In this document: piece after piece, positions 24,137 to 39,538 of the stretch
How the letters are laid out: every line of letters begins with the position of its first letter
Position numbering within the stretch: position 1 is the stretch's first letter
Source: Eledone cirrhosa
Lineage: Eukaryota
DNA length: 64,000 nucleotides
Assembly: GCA_964016885.1 (NCBI GenBank)
Contig: OZ024758.1
Location: 28,644,001-28,708,000 of the forward strand
Direction: 5' to 3'
Position numbers and translations under genes: made by a program
The notes under the pieces: model-generated
The model's database searches: none
What the model saw: the letters and a program-made list of their open reading frames with translations, nothing else
What the model was told of the DNA's origin: nothing

Positions 24137-25744
24137 TATAAGTGCCAGAATATAAATAATGTACTATTAGAGAGAGGTGTAAAATATTATCAACCAAAAT
24201 GAGAAAAGTGAATGCATTTTTAATTCATAAATTTTTAATACACATTAACAGAAACTTGCTCATCGCATAACTGGAACATTTTATCTGCACTTTACAATAT
24301 TTTACGGATGACTTATACATATATTTTGGTTTAATTCCCCACAAGTTTCTATTCCAGTTACTTAACTCAGACTTCTCTATCATCAGTTAGAAATATTTTA
24401 ATGTATTAAATAAAACACTGCACCAGGTAAGTGAGTTTAGAAGCATATAAACACCATCTTCATGGGCAGTTAAGAGATACTCAGTCATTGATGAAATCCC
24501 AACACAGGACTGAAACTACTCCAGTGGTTCCCTCTTTTTCTGTCCCTGAAGATATTATATATTAAAAGACATCTGTTTCTATCATAGGGCTGGGTAATAT
24601 CTATAAATATATTCTAGAGTACAGTATAGCATTGTTTCTATTTAGTTGTTTATAATGATGTTCCAGTTCTTATAACATTATAACCACTAAATATTAGGGT
24701 CAGTTAATATCCAAGTAACAGTTCAAATATGATCTTATAGACAGCAATGCTCAATATCTATTATTTTATGCCCCATATTTATTTCCTTTCCTACACTGCA
24801 AACAAAGCGGAGATATTGACAATAGCTTTATAACAAGCTGCTTATAAGTGTAATCATAAATAATGAATTTTATTCTTTGGAATAAACATTTTTTCTAATA
24901 TTACAATACAATTTCATTACATTATAGTTATATTCAAGAAGTTTGTCTCCATTTCACAAACTTGGTTTGGATTTTATTATAGAAAAAAATATTTGCATGA
25001 TAACTTAGCTATAAATAAATATTTTGTAACTTTTATAGATAAATATAGCTTCATTTTTCATGAAATTTAATATTTATAAGTATATGTGCAGCATCTGTAC
25101 TAGCCTGATAAAGATATTAAGCTTAGCAGTAGAATACTTAACATAACACAACAAAGAACCATTATATCAATATATTCAGGGAATGAACTTCTTATCAATC
25201 ATCACTATTCTTTCTATACTCAACTAAACTGATTTTTACTCCGAGGAGTTCTAAATATATTGATTCTTAACCTAAAACTATACATAAAGCAATGAATTCT
25301 TCACATTTATTGTAAAAATAACATAAAACATATCTTTTGTAATGAAAACATTTTAAAAATTGCAATAAACGAACATAAAATGACCATATTATCTGAAACA
25401 TAATTAAAATATCTCAGAAAAAAATATAACTGAAAAGCCAAACTATTGATTTACTTCTTTAAATCAATTATGTTTGCTGCTTATTACGAAACTGCTAAAT
25501 ACTAACAAGTTAAGGAACATGTCAAGGTTCATTGATTTCTGACACCATTTAAAATCCAATTATGATCATGTTATATATTTATATTGTATTACCAATATTA
25601 TTCTCTGTAACTACTCAGAGTTTCATGGAATGGTGCTGATCACATGAAACTCAGAGTAGCAACTGAGAGTAATCTCAGTAATATATATGAAATATTCTCT
25701 GCTTTTGTATTGAATACTTATAAACCCAAACATATGGTATATAT

Positions 25745-26030
25745 ATCATCATCATTGTTTAACGTCCATCTTCCACGCTAGCATGGGTCGGACAGGCTGT
25801 CCCTTTGTGAGGGATCAGGTCGGGGGATCATGATTCGCACACACAGAACTGATTTTAGCTTGGTTTCTACAGCTGGATGCCCCTCCTAATACCAGCCACA
25901 TTTACAGTGTATACTGGGTGCTTTTTGTCGTGACACGTACACAACCACTCCTCTGCAGTGTGGACTGGGTGCTCACTTTTGTCGTGACACCTACAAAACC
26001 ACTATAGTGTGGGCTGGGCTCTTTTGTCAT
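25745..26030 (-). mobile_element. SINE A / RTE 3' tail fragment
   Basis: (CAT)n, AACGTCCATCTTCCACGCTAGCATGGG and CTACAGCTGGATGCCC. Similar tails occur at ~33468-33667, 52052-52145, 53437-53580, 61455-61710 and 63575-63812. Confidence 0.8.
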
Positions 26031-26224
26031 GACTCCAGAGGTGGATCACTTTATATATACATGGAAAATAGATGTTAAGCAGTGATGGTGATGATGACAT
26101 ATCTTTGTGTGTGAGTGTATGTATATACATGTGAGTGCATGTGCATATGTGTGTGTGTGTGAGTGTGTGTGTGCATGCATGTGTGTCATCATCATCATTT
26201 TACATCCGCTTTTCCCTGCTTGCG

Positions 26225-26540
26225 AGTGGTTAAGGTGTTATGCTCACTATTGTAAAGTCGTGAGTTTGAATACCCAGACTGGGCAACAGGTGTCCTTGAA
26301 CAAGACACATTTTCTCTTTGCTCCAGTCCACTCAGCTGGCAAAAATAAATTGTACATGTAGTTCAAATGTCCAGCCTTGTCACACATTGACTTATACTGA
26401 ATCTCCTTAAGTGCTATGTTAAGGGTGCACGTGTCTGTGGGATACTCAACTACTTGCACATTAATATGATAAGCAGGCTCTTCTGTTGTTCTAACAACTG
26501 GAATATTCATTGTCAAGACCGATGGATGTCCAACAACAAC
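26225..26540 (+). mobile_element. SINE family C
   Basis: Homologous to 338-655. Confidence 0.75.
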
Positions 26541-26632
26541 AGCTCCAAATCTGTTCAAGGGTGTTGGGCTGGACTGTTTCAATCATACCTCTGCCTTCTG
26601 AAGGAGAGTTATCATTGTAATACACTGATGTA

Positions 26633-26912
26633 CGAGGGTGAGCTGAAAGGTTTATAGGCTGACTATGAGGGAGTGATGCTAAAACTGTAAAATCATCTTT
26701 CCCTTGCTCAATGAGACTGGGGTTACCCTAGGTCAGTGATCCCAGAGGCATCATTCTGTGTAGAGCTGATGAAATCTTGTATGCATTAATTTCAACTCTT
26801 TTTATTAATAACTACATTGTTTCTTTCCAGGGACTATGTTGAAAAATTAACCACATTTGGTTATTCCATGAGAGTGTTTTGGTCAGCATATGAAATTTTT
26901 AGCCAACCCTCA
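26633..26912. mobile_element. mariner-like MITE
   Basis: TA-CGAGGGTGAGCTGAAAGGTTTAT ... ATGAAATTTTTAGCCAACCCTCA-TA. Confidence 0.6.
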
Positions 26913-27490
26913 TATCTGGACTTATGTCCTCATCTTGGTTGTTGTCAACCCAACATTTCAGTCTTCTTCAGTGTCTGTTGTACTCCGTAATGTTTTCAGA
27001 AAGAAACAACAGTCATATTTCCAGTCAACATCTGAACAGGTGCTACTACCAACCATTTCTATTTATATATATGTGCGTGTGTGTGTGTGTGTGTGTGGGT
27101 GTGTGTGTGGGTGTGTGTGTGTGTGTGTGTGTGTGTACATAAGTATGTGTGTATCAGGCAACATGACACCCGTCCTGTGTAAAACACCACCGCTTGGATA
27201 TATTCTAAATTATTCCATTATTCCTTAAGAACCTATCACATTATTACATCTTTACCCTCTTGTAAAAATAGTAAATGAGCATGTATAATATACAGGCAAT
27301 GTGTATGTAGGTGATTATGTCATCATCATCATCATCACCGTTGAACATACATTTTTCCACACTAAACAGAGATGACAATGATGATGGTGACATGTATATA
27401 TACTAATGATGTCTTCCAAGAATAGATAAATTTATTAGAAATTTGCCTTGCAAATACGTGCATGAAAACCCATATATATAATATATATAT

Positions 27491-27602
27491 ATAGGAAAAT
27501 GTTTAACCCCGACGGCAGAGCTCAAGCCGTTTTGACGACTATTTCTGGAAATAGCTGTCGAAACGGCTTGAGCTCTGCCGTCAGGGTTAAACATTTTCCT
27601 AT
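27491..27602. repeat. 112-nt near-perfect hairpin within a (TA)n-flanked insert (27491-27683)
   Basis: 46-bp arms with 2 mismatches plus an inner CTATTTC/GAAATAG stem. Confidence 0.92.
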
Positions 27603-27712
27603 TACCCACTCTACTACCCTAAGTATTGAGTACTCCGGTGCGTTATGGTCCATCTGGTTCCTTACCACACCTCCTTCGTTAACATATATATATATATATA
27701 TATGGAGGCACA

Positions 27713-28093
27713 AGGCTTAGTGGTTAGAGCATTGGCCTTGCAATCGAAAGGCTGTAAGTTCAATTCTCAAACCGGGTGATGTGTTGTTTCCTTGAGCAAG
27801 ACACTTTATTTCACATTGCTCCAGTTTACTCAGCTGTAGAAATGAGATGATAGGACTGGGGTCCCTATCATTTCACTGCAAAGTGGTAGTGGAGGTGCCA
27901 CAGCAAAAAAGCACCCAGCCCACACTGTAAAGTGGACGTGGAGGTGCCACGGCAAAAAAGCACCCAGCACTCACTGTAAATGAAGTTGGTGTTAGGAAGG
28001 GCATCCAGCTGTAGAAATCAAGCCAGAATCAGTTCCCATCCCACCCTTGCAAGCAGAGAAAAGTGGACGTAAAATGACGATGAAATGATGATA
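27713..28093 (+). mobile_element. SINE family A, two internal 49-bp units
   Basis: Near-identical to the 8638 and 9766 copies. Confidence 0.9.
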
Positions 28094-28212
28094 TCCAGAG
28101 TCAGGCCTGACTGACACGGATCAAACCTTCAGCTGATCAGACTACACATTGAGTGCTCACTTTGGTGAACCTACAATAACTTGACTTTACAATCCCTAAA
28201 CTATATATATAT

Positions 28213-28735
28213 AATAATTGTTTCTATTTTGGGCACAAGGCCAGCAAATACCACAGTGCATTACTGGTGCTTTATTTTATCGACCCCTTAAGGTTGAAAG
28301 GCAAAGTTAACCTTGGCGGGATTTGAACTCAGAATGTAAAGGGCCATAACTATGCTGCAAAGCATGATGTCTGGCACTCTACTAATACTGCCAATCCACC
28401 ACCTTTTATAATAAGTGAACATTATATACATATGTTAACTTTGCCTTTCATCCTTACAGGGTCGATAAAATAAAGTACCAGTAATGCACTGAAATAATTG
28501 CTGGCCTCGTGCCAAAAGTAGAAACAATTATATATAATTGTTTCTACTTTTGGCACAAGGCCAGCAATTATCCCAGTGCATTACTGGTACTTTATTTTAT
28601 CAACCCCGTACAATATGTATGGCAAGGGCCTCATTCTGAGTTCAAATCCTGCCGAGGTTAACTTTGCCTTTCATCTTTAGGGGTTGATAAAATAAAGTAC
28701 CAGTAATGCACTGGAATGATTGCTGGCCTTGTGCC
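28213..28735. mobile_element. Cluster of four family-B SINE copies/fragments in alternating orientation
   Basis: 28213-28402 (-), 28434-28530 (+), 28535-28610 (-), 28634-28735 (+). Confidence 0.88.
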
Positions 28736-28899
28736 AATAATTTATTTTAGTCAGTGTATCTGTGTACTGCATTAATAAGTAAGTGAGAACAAAGTACCAA
28801 TTTAGCATCTTGTACATGTTTTCCTGCTTGGTACGGGTATGTTCTTTGTAGAAATATTCAGATGTTGTTTCTGCATGTTGAATATAAGTCAATAGAGTG

Positions 28900-29375
28900 C
28901 TCAACCGAGGGAGCCAAATAGTAATAATAATAAATTTGAAGACTAAAATCCAAAGAGGGCTCGATAAGGATAAATATATATCAAATATATAAGAACCATA
29001 GAGCAAATATTTGTTCTCCACGCTCCACATATGACGTATTATCTTCGTTTTTTTCGTTCATTGCCAGAGAACGTCTCTATGAATCACCTAAGAGAACATT
29101 AGTCTACGACCTCTTTTATACCATAAACGTGGTTCTGTCTTTGCGCATATTTGTTTTTCACCGCTCCTATTAACAACGTATTATATTCGTTTTTTTCCGT
29201 TTTTTGCCAGCGAACGTTTCCACGAACCAAAGTATCGTCTTCCTGTCTTCCTCCGGTTGCAACATTTTTTGAAATATCCGCATCTGCGTTTACAGATTGA
29301 CTTTGTTAGTTTCAGAAGATCCCGTTAAGGGTGAAAGCAGCGATTCTTTGCTTAAACTTTAATCTGTTATTTTAA
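28900..29375 (+). mobile_element. (TA)n-adjacent repeat with hammerhead-like 3' motif, copy 2
   Basis: Homologous to copy 1, with an internal duplicated CGTATTAT..TCGTTTTTT..TTGCCAG..AACGT block. Motif at 29292-29367. The left boundary is uncertain. Confidence 0.55.
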
Positions 29376-32018
<2,643 letters not shown>

Positions 32019-32759
32019 AAGGGAGAGAATTGGGAGTGTGTAACACTCCACTTATCAAATAGACAGTATATGGTTAGCTCAATGTCAGAGGACAGAGCCA
32101 TAGTGTGGACGAAACACTGTTAGCAATTAAAGATATACCTATGTTCTAAGCGCTCTTTGTTGTTAATTGTAAATATATATATATACATATATATATAAAT
32201 ATATATATATACATATATATATAAATATATATATATACATATATATATAAATATATATATATATGTATATATATATATTTATATATATATGTATATATAT
32301 ATGTATATATATATATGTATATATATATATTTATATATATATGTATATATATATATATGTATATATATATATTTATGTATATATATATATGTATATATAT
32401 ATATGTATAGGTAGATAGGTAAATATTGCTGATGAGTTGTAACAACAACGAAACTAGTTCAATGTTCCTTGTCTGGCTTTCTGGAGAATAGAGGGAAGGT
32501 GTTCCCTCGAAAACCAGTATGACTCTAAAAACCGGTTTGTCTGTGTGTTTACATACAGAATAGCTGGGTTGCTCACAGTAAAGCAACCAGTGAAAGACTT
32601 GTTACACCTACATATGTATACGTGTGTGTATTCATATGCACACTAGTATTTCAGTATGCATATGTAGATGTACATTTTTAACTTAATTGTTTAAGCGTCA
32701 GTCATACAAAAGTGAGTTATAAACGAAACGAAATTTAATTTCGTTTCGTTATTTGTTTT

Positions 32760-33050
32760 TATATATATATACATATATACATATATATATATATACATAC
32801 ATATATATATATATATACATATATATACAAATATACATATATATNNNNNNNNNNNNNNNNNNNNNNNNNNNNNNNNNNNNNNNNNNNNNNNNNNNNNNNN
32901 NNNNNNNNNNNNNNNNNNNNNNNNNNNNNNNNNNNNNNNNNNNNNNNNNNNNNNNNNNNNNNNNNNNNNNNNNNNNNNNNNNNNNNNNNNNNNNNNNNNN
33001 NNNNNNNNNNNNNNNNNNNNNNNNNNNNNNNNNNNNNNNNNNNNACCCAC

Positions 33051-33083
<33 letters not shown>

Positions 33084-33164
33084 TATATACACACACACAT
33101 ATAAACACACACACACATATATATATACACACATATATACACACACACACACATATATATATAT

Positions 33165-33211
<47 letters not shown>

Positions 33212-34432
33212 TATATATATATACACACACACACACATATATATATACACACACACACACACACATATATATACACACACACACATATATATACACACAC
33301 ACACATATATATACACACACATATATATATATACACACACACACACATATATATATACACACACATATATATATACACACACATATATATATACACACAC
33401 ATATATATATACACACACATATATATATACACACACACACACATTATATATATATATACATACACATAGGTAACACGGTAAAAACCTCCCAGTCCACACT
33501 GTAAACGTGGTTGGTGTTAGGAAGGGTATTCAGACGTAGAAAACCTGCCAGATAGACCTATATGAGCGAGACATGGTTACCCGACCAACCTTGCCTCCAG
33601 TGGGACAACTCCCGTCTAACCCATGCTAGTGTGGAAAGTGGACGTTAAACGAAGATGATGATGATGATATATACATATATACACATATATATATATATAT
33701 ACACACACACATATATATATATATATATACACACATATATATATACACACATATATATATATACACACATATATATATATACACACATATATATATATAC
33801 ACACATATATATATATACACACATATATATATACACATATATATATATATACACATATATATATATATACACATATATATATATATACACATATATATAT
33901 ATATACACATATATATATATATACACATATATATATATATACACATATATATATATATACACATATATATATATATACACATATATATATATATACACAT
34001 ATATATATATATACACATATATATATATACACATATATATATATACACATATATATATATATACACATATATATATATACACATATATATATATACACAT
34101 ATATATATATACACATATATATATATACACATATATATACACATATATATATATACACATATATATACACATATATATATACACATATATATATACATAT
34201 ATATATATACATATATATATATACATATATATATATACACATATATATATACACATATATATATACACATATATATATACACACATATATATACACACAT
34301 ATATATATACACATATATATATACACATATATATATATATACACATATATATATATACACATATATATATATATACACATATATATATATATACACATAT
34401 ATATATATATACACATATATATATATATACAC

Positions 34433-34467
<35 letters not shown>

Positions 34468-34942
34468 CACATATATATATATATATACACATATATATAT
34501 ATATATACACATATATATATATATATATACACATATATATATATATATACACATATATATATATATATATACACATATATATATATATATATACAAATAT
34601 ATATATATATATACAAATATATATATATATATACAAATATATATATATATACACATATATATATATATACACATATATATATATACACATATATATATAT
34701 ACACATATATATATATACACATATATATATATACACATATATATATATACACATATATATATATACACATATATATATATACACATATATATATATACAC
34801 ATATATATATATACACATATATATATATACACATATATATATATACACATATATACACACATATATATATACACACACACATATATATACACACACACAT
34901 ATATATATACACACACACACACAGACATATATACACTCACAC

Positions 34943-34975
<33 letters not shown>

Positions 34976-35202
34976 TATATACACATATATACACACACAC
35001 ACATATATATATATACACACACACACATATATATATATACACACACATATATATACATACACACACATATATATACACACACACGCACACATATATACAC
35101 ACACACGCACACATATATACACACACACATATACACACACACATATATATACATGTGTGTGTATACACACACACTTATGTACATGTTTACATATACATAT
35201 AT
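32760..35202. repeat. Compound (TA)n(CA)n microsatellite with an inserted SINE/RTE tail (33468-33667)
   Basis: Direct reading. Confidence 0.95.
32845..33044. other. Assembly gap (200 N)
   Basis: Run of N inside the microsatellite. The true length is unknown, so the intron-1 length is approximate. Confidence 0.99.
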
Positions 35203-35642
35203 GTAACATGCTGCCTGTTGACAATACTACCTTCCCTTCAAACTATCACACAACTCCTTGTTACACACATGTACATGTGCACAAACACATCTGCACATCT
35301 TTACTATATGCACACATGCTGCTTGCTAACTTACTACCTTCCCATCTACCATCATATACGACATCCCATCCCACAAACACAATGTACACTTCTATATTAC
35401 TCCACCCTACACTCACACCTTCTTCCTACCCCTCACCCTTTTCATTTGCTAAAGCCCTATATTACTGTAGACCCACTTTTCATTCTTGGCTTATCCACAC
35501 AATACACAAACATTTAACTTCTTGCCCAATTTTTTCCTGTATACATAACATAATATTCTATTCTACCTAAGAACAAAACGATTTATTGCACCATTACACA
35601 ATGCGCTAGCACAAACATCTGTCTTATGAATATTAATTTTAA

Positions 35643-35808
35643 GTGGGTCGGACACCATGCTTTGACGTATAGAGTTACGGCCCTTGTCATTCTGAGTTCA
35701 AATCCCACCGAGGTTAACTTTGCCTTTCATCCTTACGGGGTCGATAAAATAAAGTACCAGTAATCTACTGGGTAATTGCTGGCCTTGTACCAAACGTAGA
35801 AACAATTA
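35643..35808 (+). mobile_element. SINE family B
   Basis: Shared core and tail. Further copies at 36493-36676 and 56585-56772; decayed ones at ~50487-50625 and ~59645-59785. Confidence 0.88.
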
Positions 35809-35833
35809 ATTTTAATACACTTGATTTCATACA

Positions 35834-36088
35834 CAGGGCCGGATTTAGATTTGATGAGGCCCTAAGCTATTTGAGATAATGGGGCCCTTTATATGTTATA
35901 AAAAATGTTATAAAAACTGCAAAACGTTCAATATTAAAGCAGAAAACTGTTTAAAACTATTGCATTATTTTTGTTCTTTTTTATCTTATATTTTGGAAAT
36001 GTACAGTTTTTTTTCAATTTTTTCAGGGCCCCAAGAAAGTGGGGCCCTAAGCTATAGCTTGTTTAGCTTATACGTAAATCCCACTCTG
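35834..36088. mobile_element. hAT-like MITE
   Basis: CAGGGCCGGATTTA ... TAAATCCCACTCTG ends, internal GGCCCTAAGCTAT repeats, and 8-bp TSD TTCATACA/TTCCTACA (7/8 match). Confidence 0.8.
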
Positions 36089-36754
36089 TTCCTACATAAC
36101 AACATTATCTATCTTCAACACACATGATTAAAATCACACATACATATACACAATGCGAGGTGTATACATATAGCCTACTGCAATCTATACGTTTCATACA
36201 TATACACAAAAAAGACAATATACCTCATATAAACACAAGCAATACACGCACTCACACACCGAAAACAACACTACACACACAAAAGCACAATTCAAATTAC
36301 ACACACACACACACTACATACATATATAGCTTACCAACATGTACGCACAAAAATCGCCCATACATACACTACACCTACATGAAAACAAATGTAGAAACAC
36401 ACCCACCCAGACATATCAAGACTACTTTCAATATATTTTTGCTAAAACTCTAGTTTCCATTCATCATATGCACTTTTATGCTTATCTACCCAGTGGTGAA
36501 TTGGCAGTATCGGTAGAGGGTTGGACGCCATGCTTTCTAGCATAGTTACGTCCCTTTACAGTCTGAGTTCAAATCCCGCCGAGGTTAACTTTGCCTTTCA
36601 TCCTTACGGGGTCGATGAAATAAAGTACCAGTAATTGGGTAATTGGTGGCCTTGTGCCTAAAGTAGAAACAATTAACCTGAATAACTATGTCACAACCAT
36701 CCTCTCTGGCTAATAAATGATCATATATTTAACATACACATTAATGTCATTTAA

Positions 36755-36959
36755 CCCTTTAGCATTTACATTACTCTATATATACTATTGTATTTTCATA
36801 ATTACATAATTATCTCACATAATATCCAATCTATGAGATTTTGATATTTATTGTGAGAAGACTACCTTAACATCAGTATGAATGGCTGGTTACAGCCGCT
36901 TTGTACAGAAAGCGGTAAGAGGATTCTGGCCGGATATGGCTGGTTAAAATGCTTAAGGG
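36755..36959. mobile_element. piggyBac-like MITE (uninterrupted, ~205 bp)
   Basis: TTAA TSD and CCCTTTAGCATTT TIR. Confidence 0.88.
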
Positions 36960-37133
36960 TTAAGTCTTCAACAATTGGAAGATGCAGAGATTATGTATTT
37001 CCATGATTTAGACTTGTCTTCATATCGAGTTCTTGACTCTGCATATGAAAACTTCTGGTGTGAAGGATTGAAGAAATGAAAGTCCTTAGTCAGGGTGAAA
37101 CTGCTTTAAAAAAAAGTCTAAAGTCTGTCTCAA

Positions 37134-37385
37134 GCCTGGAGCCTCATCAGGCCGGTACTTATCCTGTGAAGTGACAGAGTAAATGACTGGACTGGACAGG
37201 ACACTAGTCCATCACAGAGTTAAACCCCTAGCTATTGTTGGTACTTATGTTCAGCTGAATATACTGGAGCAGCATGAAATTAAGTGTTTTGCTCAAGAAC
37301 ACAACATAGAACCCAGCCCAGGAATTGAACCTATGACATCATGATCATAAGTCCAACACCCTTACCACTAGGCCATGCACCTCCA
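37134..37385 (-). mobile_element. Older CORE-type SINE with a different tail
   Basis: Plus strand AAGTGTTTTGCTCAAGAACACAAC...GGAATTGAACC...ACCACTAGGCCA (reverse complement of CORE, B box and A box). Confidence 0.7.
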
Positions 37386-37456
37386 CACTGCTTCAGAGAT
37401 ATTTAATTTCTATGGCAAAATGTCCTTAAAACTCAAAGATTTTGCTGTCTTTACAT

Positions 37457-37752
37457 GAGAGGTCCCCAAGCACCAAGCCACGGACCAGTACTGGTCTGTG
37501 GATCATTTGCTACCAGGCTGCAAAGAAATAATTAATTTGTTTAAAATTATATAAATAGATAAATTGCATATTGGACTTTAATTTAAAAAGATGTTTAAAT
37601 ATTCAATATTCATCTACTTTAATAAGTTGCCCTTTTTATTATTGTTCTCTTTATCGAAATGCACTTAAATAACATATGTGCAATTACTGGTCAGCGGAAA
37701 GATTGTGCAACATGAAGCCAGTCCATGGTATAAAAAAGGTTGGAGACCACTG
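37457..37752. mobile_element. hAT-Charlie-like MITE (MER1-type ends)
   Basis: GAGAGGTCCCCAA...CCACGGACCAGTACTGGTCTGTGG ... AAAAAGGTTGGAGACCACTG with 8-bp TSD CTTTACAT/CTTTACTT. Confidence 0.8.
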
Positions 37753-37927
37753 CTTTACTTGATGCCCCCTCCACTTATAGAATACTATTTTCATATTTAG
37801 GATGATGTTCAGAAAACAGCTTTATTTCATTGGTATTTCCACATTCATTCTTCTATGATTACAACTAACCTTGTATCACCAGAATTGCAGAGGCAATACA
37901 ACACTGATAAATAGACCTACATATTAA

Positions 37928-38130
37928 CCCTTTAACATTCACATTATTTTATATATACTATTATATTTTCATGGTAAAGGCTTTACCACACATAATTATC
38001 TCACATAATATTGAATCTGAGATTTTGTAAGTATTTATTTTGAGAACAATACCTTGACCAGTTCCAGCCAGTTTCAACAGAAAGGGGTAAAGAATTCTGG
38101 CCAGTTTTTGCCGGTTTGAACACTAAAAGG
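37928..38130. mobile_element. piggyBac-like MITE
   Basis: TTAA flanks and the same internal sequence as the 36755 copy. Confidence 0.82.
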
Positions 38131-39204
38131 TTAAGAGAATCCAACTACCATGGGAAACTTTTTTTTTTATCCTTCTGCTGTAAAAACAAAGTCATCTGAA
38201 CAAATGTTGCATTCTTAACGAAGCAAACCCATCTCTTCTAAATCTTAAGTATGTGTAAAACAGCCACAATCACCACAGCTTCTATTTGGTCAAACTGTGA
38301 ATAACAGTTGGTTGTCAAATGTTCAGTCACTGTTCCACAAATCTGTATGAGCATAACTAACAAATTGCTGAATACATTTATTTCTTGCCCTCAATATGTC
38401 TCATCTTCTTACTAGCTTTTCCCTAACTCAAAATATCTTCATCACTTTATATGTCTCCTTTTTCTGCATTTCCAACTTTTTTTAACCTAACACCAATCAC
38501 GTGAATTCCACCAATAATTTCCAACTTCTCACTCCAGAGGAATCTACACAAAATACAGTTTTTTTTTCTTTTTTACTTGTGAACAGATTTACCATCTTAG
38601 CAATCCTGATAATACTAATCATGTTTATTATCTTGGCTCTCCAGCTTAGATCAAACATTTCAATTGCATACAGAAAGTTAATCTATGATATGTTGATTAG
38701 TTCTTCAAAAACTACAACTAACTTTGTATAGCCAGAATTGCTGAGACAACATGGAAGGGGTGTGTGGTGGCACTTAATCTTCATCTCTGGCAGTACACAT
38801 ACTATTTTGTGCTTCTCACAGAAATACATAGAGGATTTTTACAAACAGTATAGGGATGAGAGTGCTGAGTCAAAATTGAGAAACTGTTTAATCCGAGAAA
38901 TTTCACAGCTGAAAATGAGTACCAGCAATAGCTGGGGGTTTAACTGTGATGAACTGGTGTCCAATCCAGGGGGAAGTCTTGTTCTCTCAGTCACTTTCAC
39001 ACCACGGAAAAACATGAAAAACTATTTTGAGCAGAGTGGCAGGTATACATTATAAATGTATAAGGAATATTGGTCATCAGATTAAAGGTCTTCATACAAT
39101 TTTTTAGGGTGAAGACAATTTAGGTACATCTTAAAGCAAATGTACATTTATTTTCCAAATCCTATAAAAGTTGTAAGATGATAAAGTATATGATAAAGTA
39201 TATA

Positions 39205-39238
<34 letters not shown>

Positions 39239-39243
<5 letters not shown>

Positions 39244-39430
39244 TAAAATACCTGATTATCCTTTCCAAGGATAACTTGAACCGTTAAGGTATATTATCCT
39301 TGGTCATGTCAAATATTTACAAAAAAACTTCTATTTTATCTGATGATAGCGTACCAAAATTGTTGGTACCCTTGAAATATATATAATAGAATAAATATGG
39401 TTTTATAAATATAGTTTCCATTTATTTAAT
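39239..39430 (+). mobile_element. Penelope-like terminal remnant with hammerhead core, next to (TA)n
   Basis: CTGATGA(39340-39346)-T-stem II AGCGTACCAA/TTGGTACCCT-T-GAAA(39374-39377)-TATATA, plus an upstream CCAAGGATAA/TTATCCTTGG hairpin. Confidence 0.55.
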
Positions 39431-39505
39431 ATCAATTGCATGCATGCATACATGCACACATACATACATACATACATACATACATACATACATACATACA
39501 TACAT

Positions 39506-39538
<33 letters not shown>

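Noticed and set aside
32722-32750. Perfect 14-bp inverted repeat AACGAAACGAAATT/AATTTCGTTTCGTT as a terminator
   Set aside because: Eukaryotic intron, low complexity, and no supporting context.
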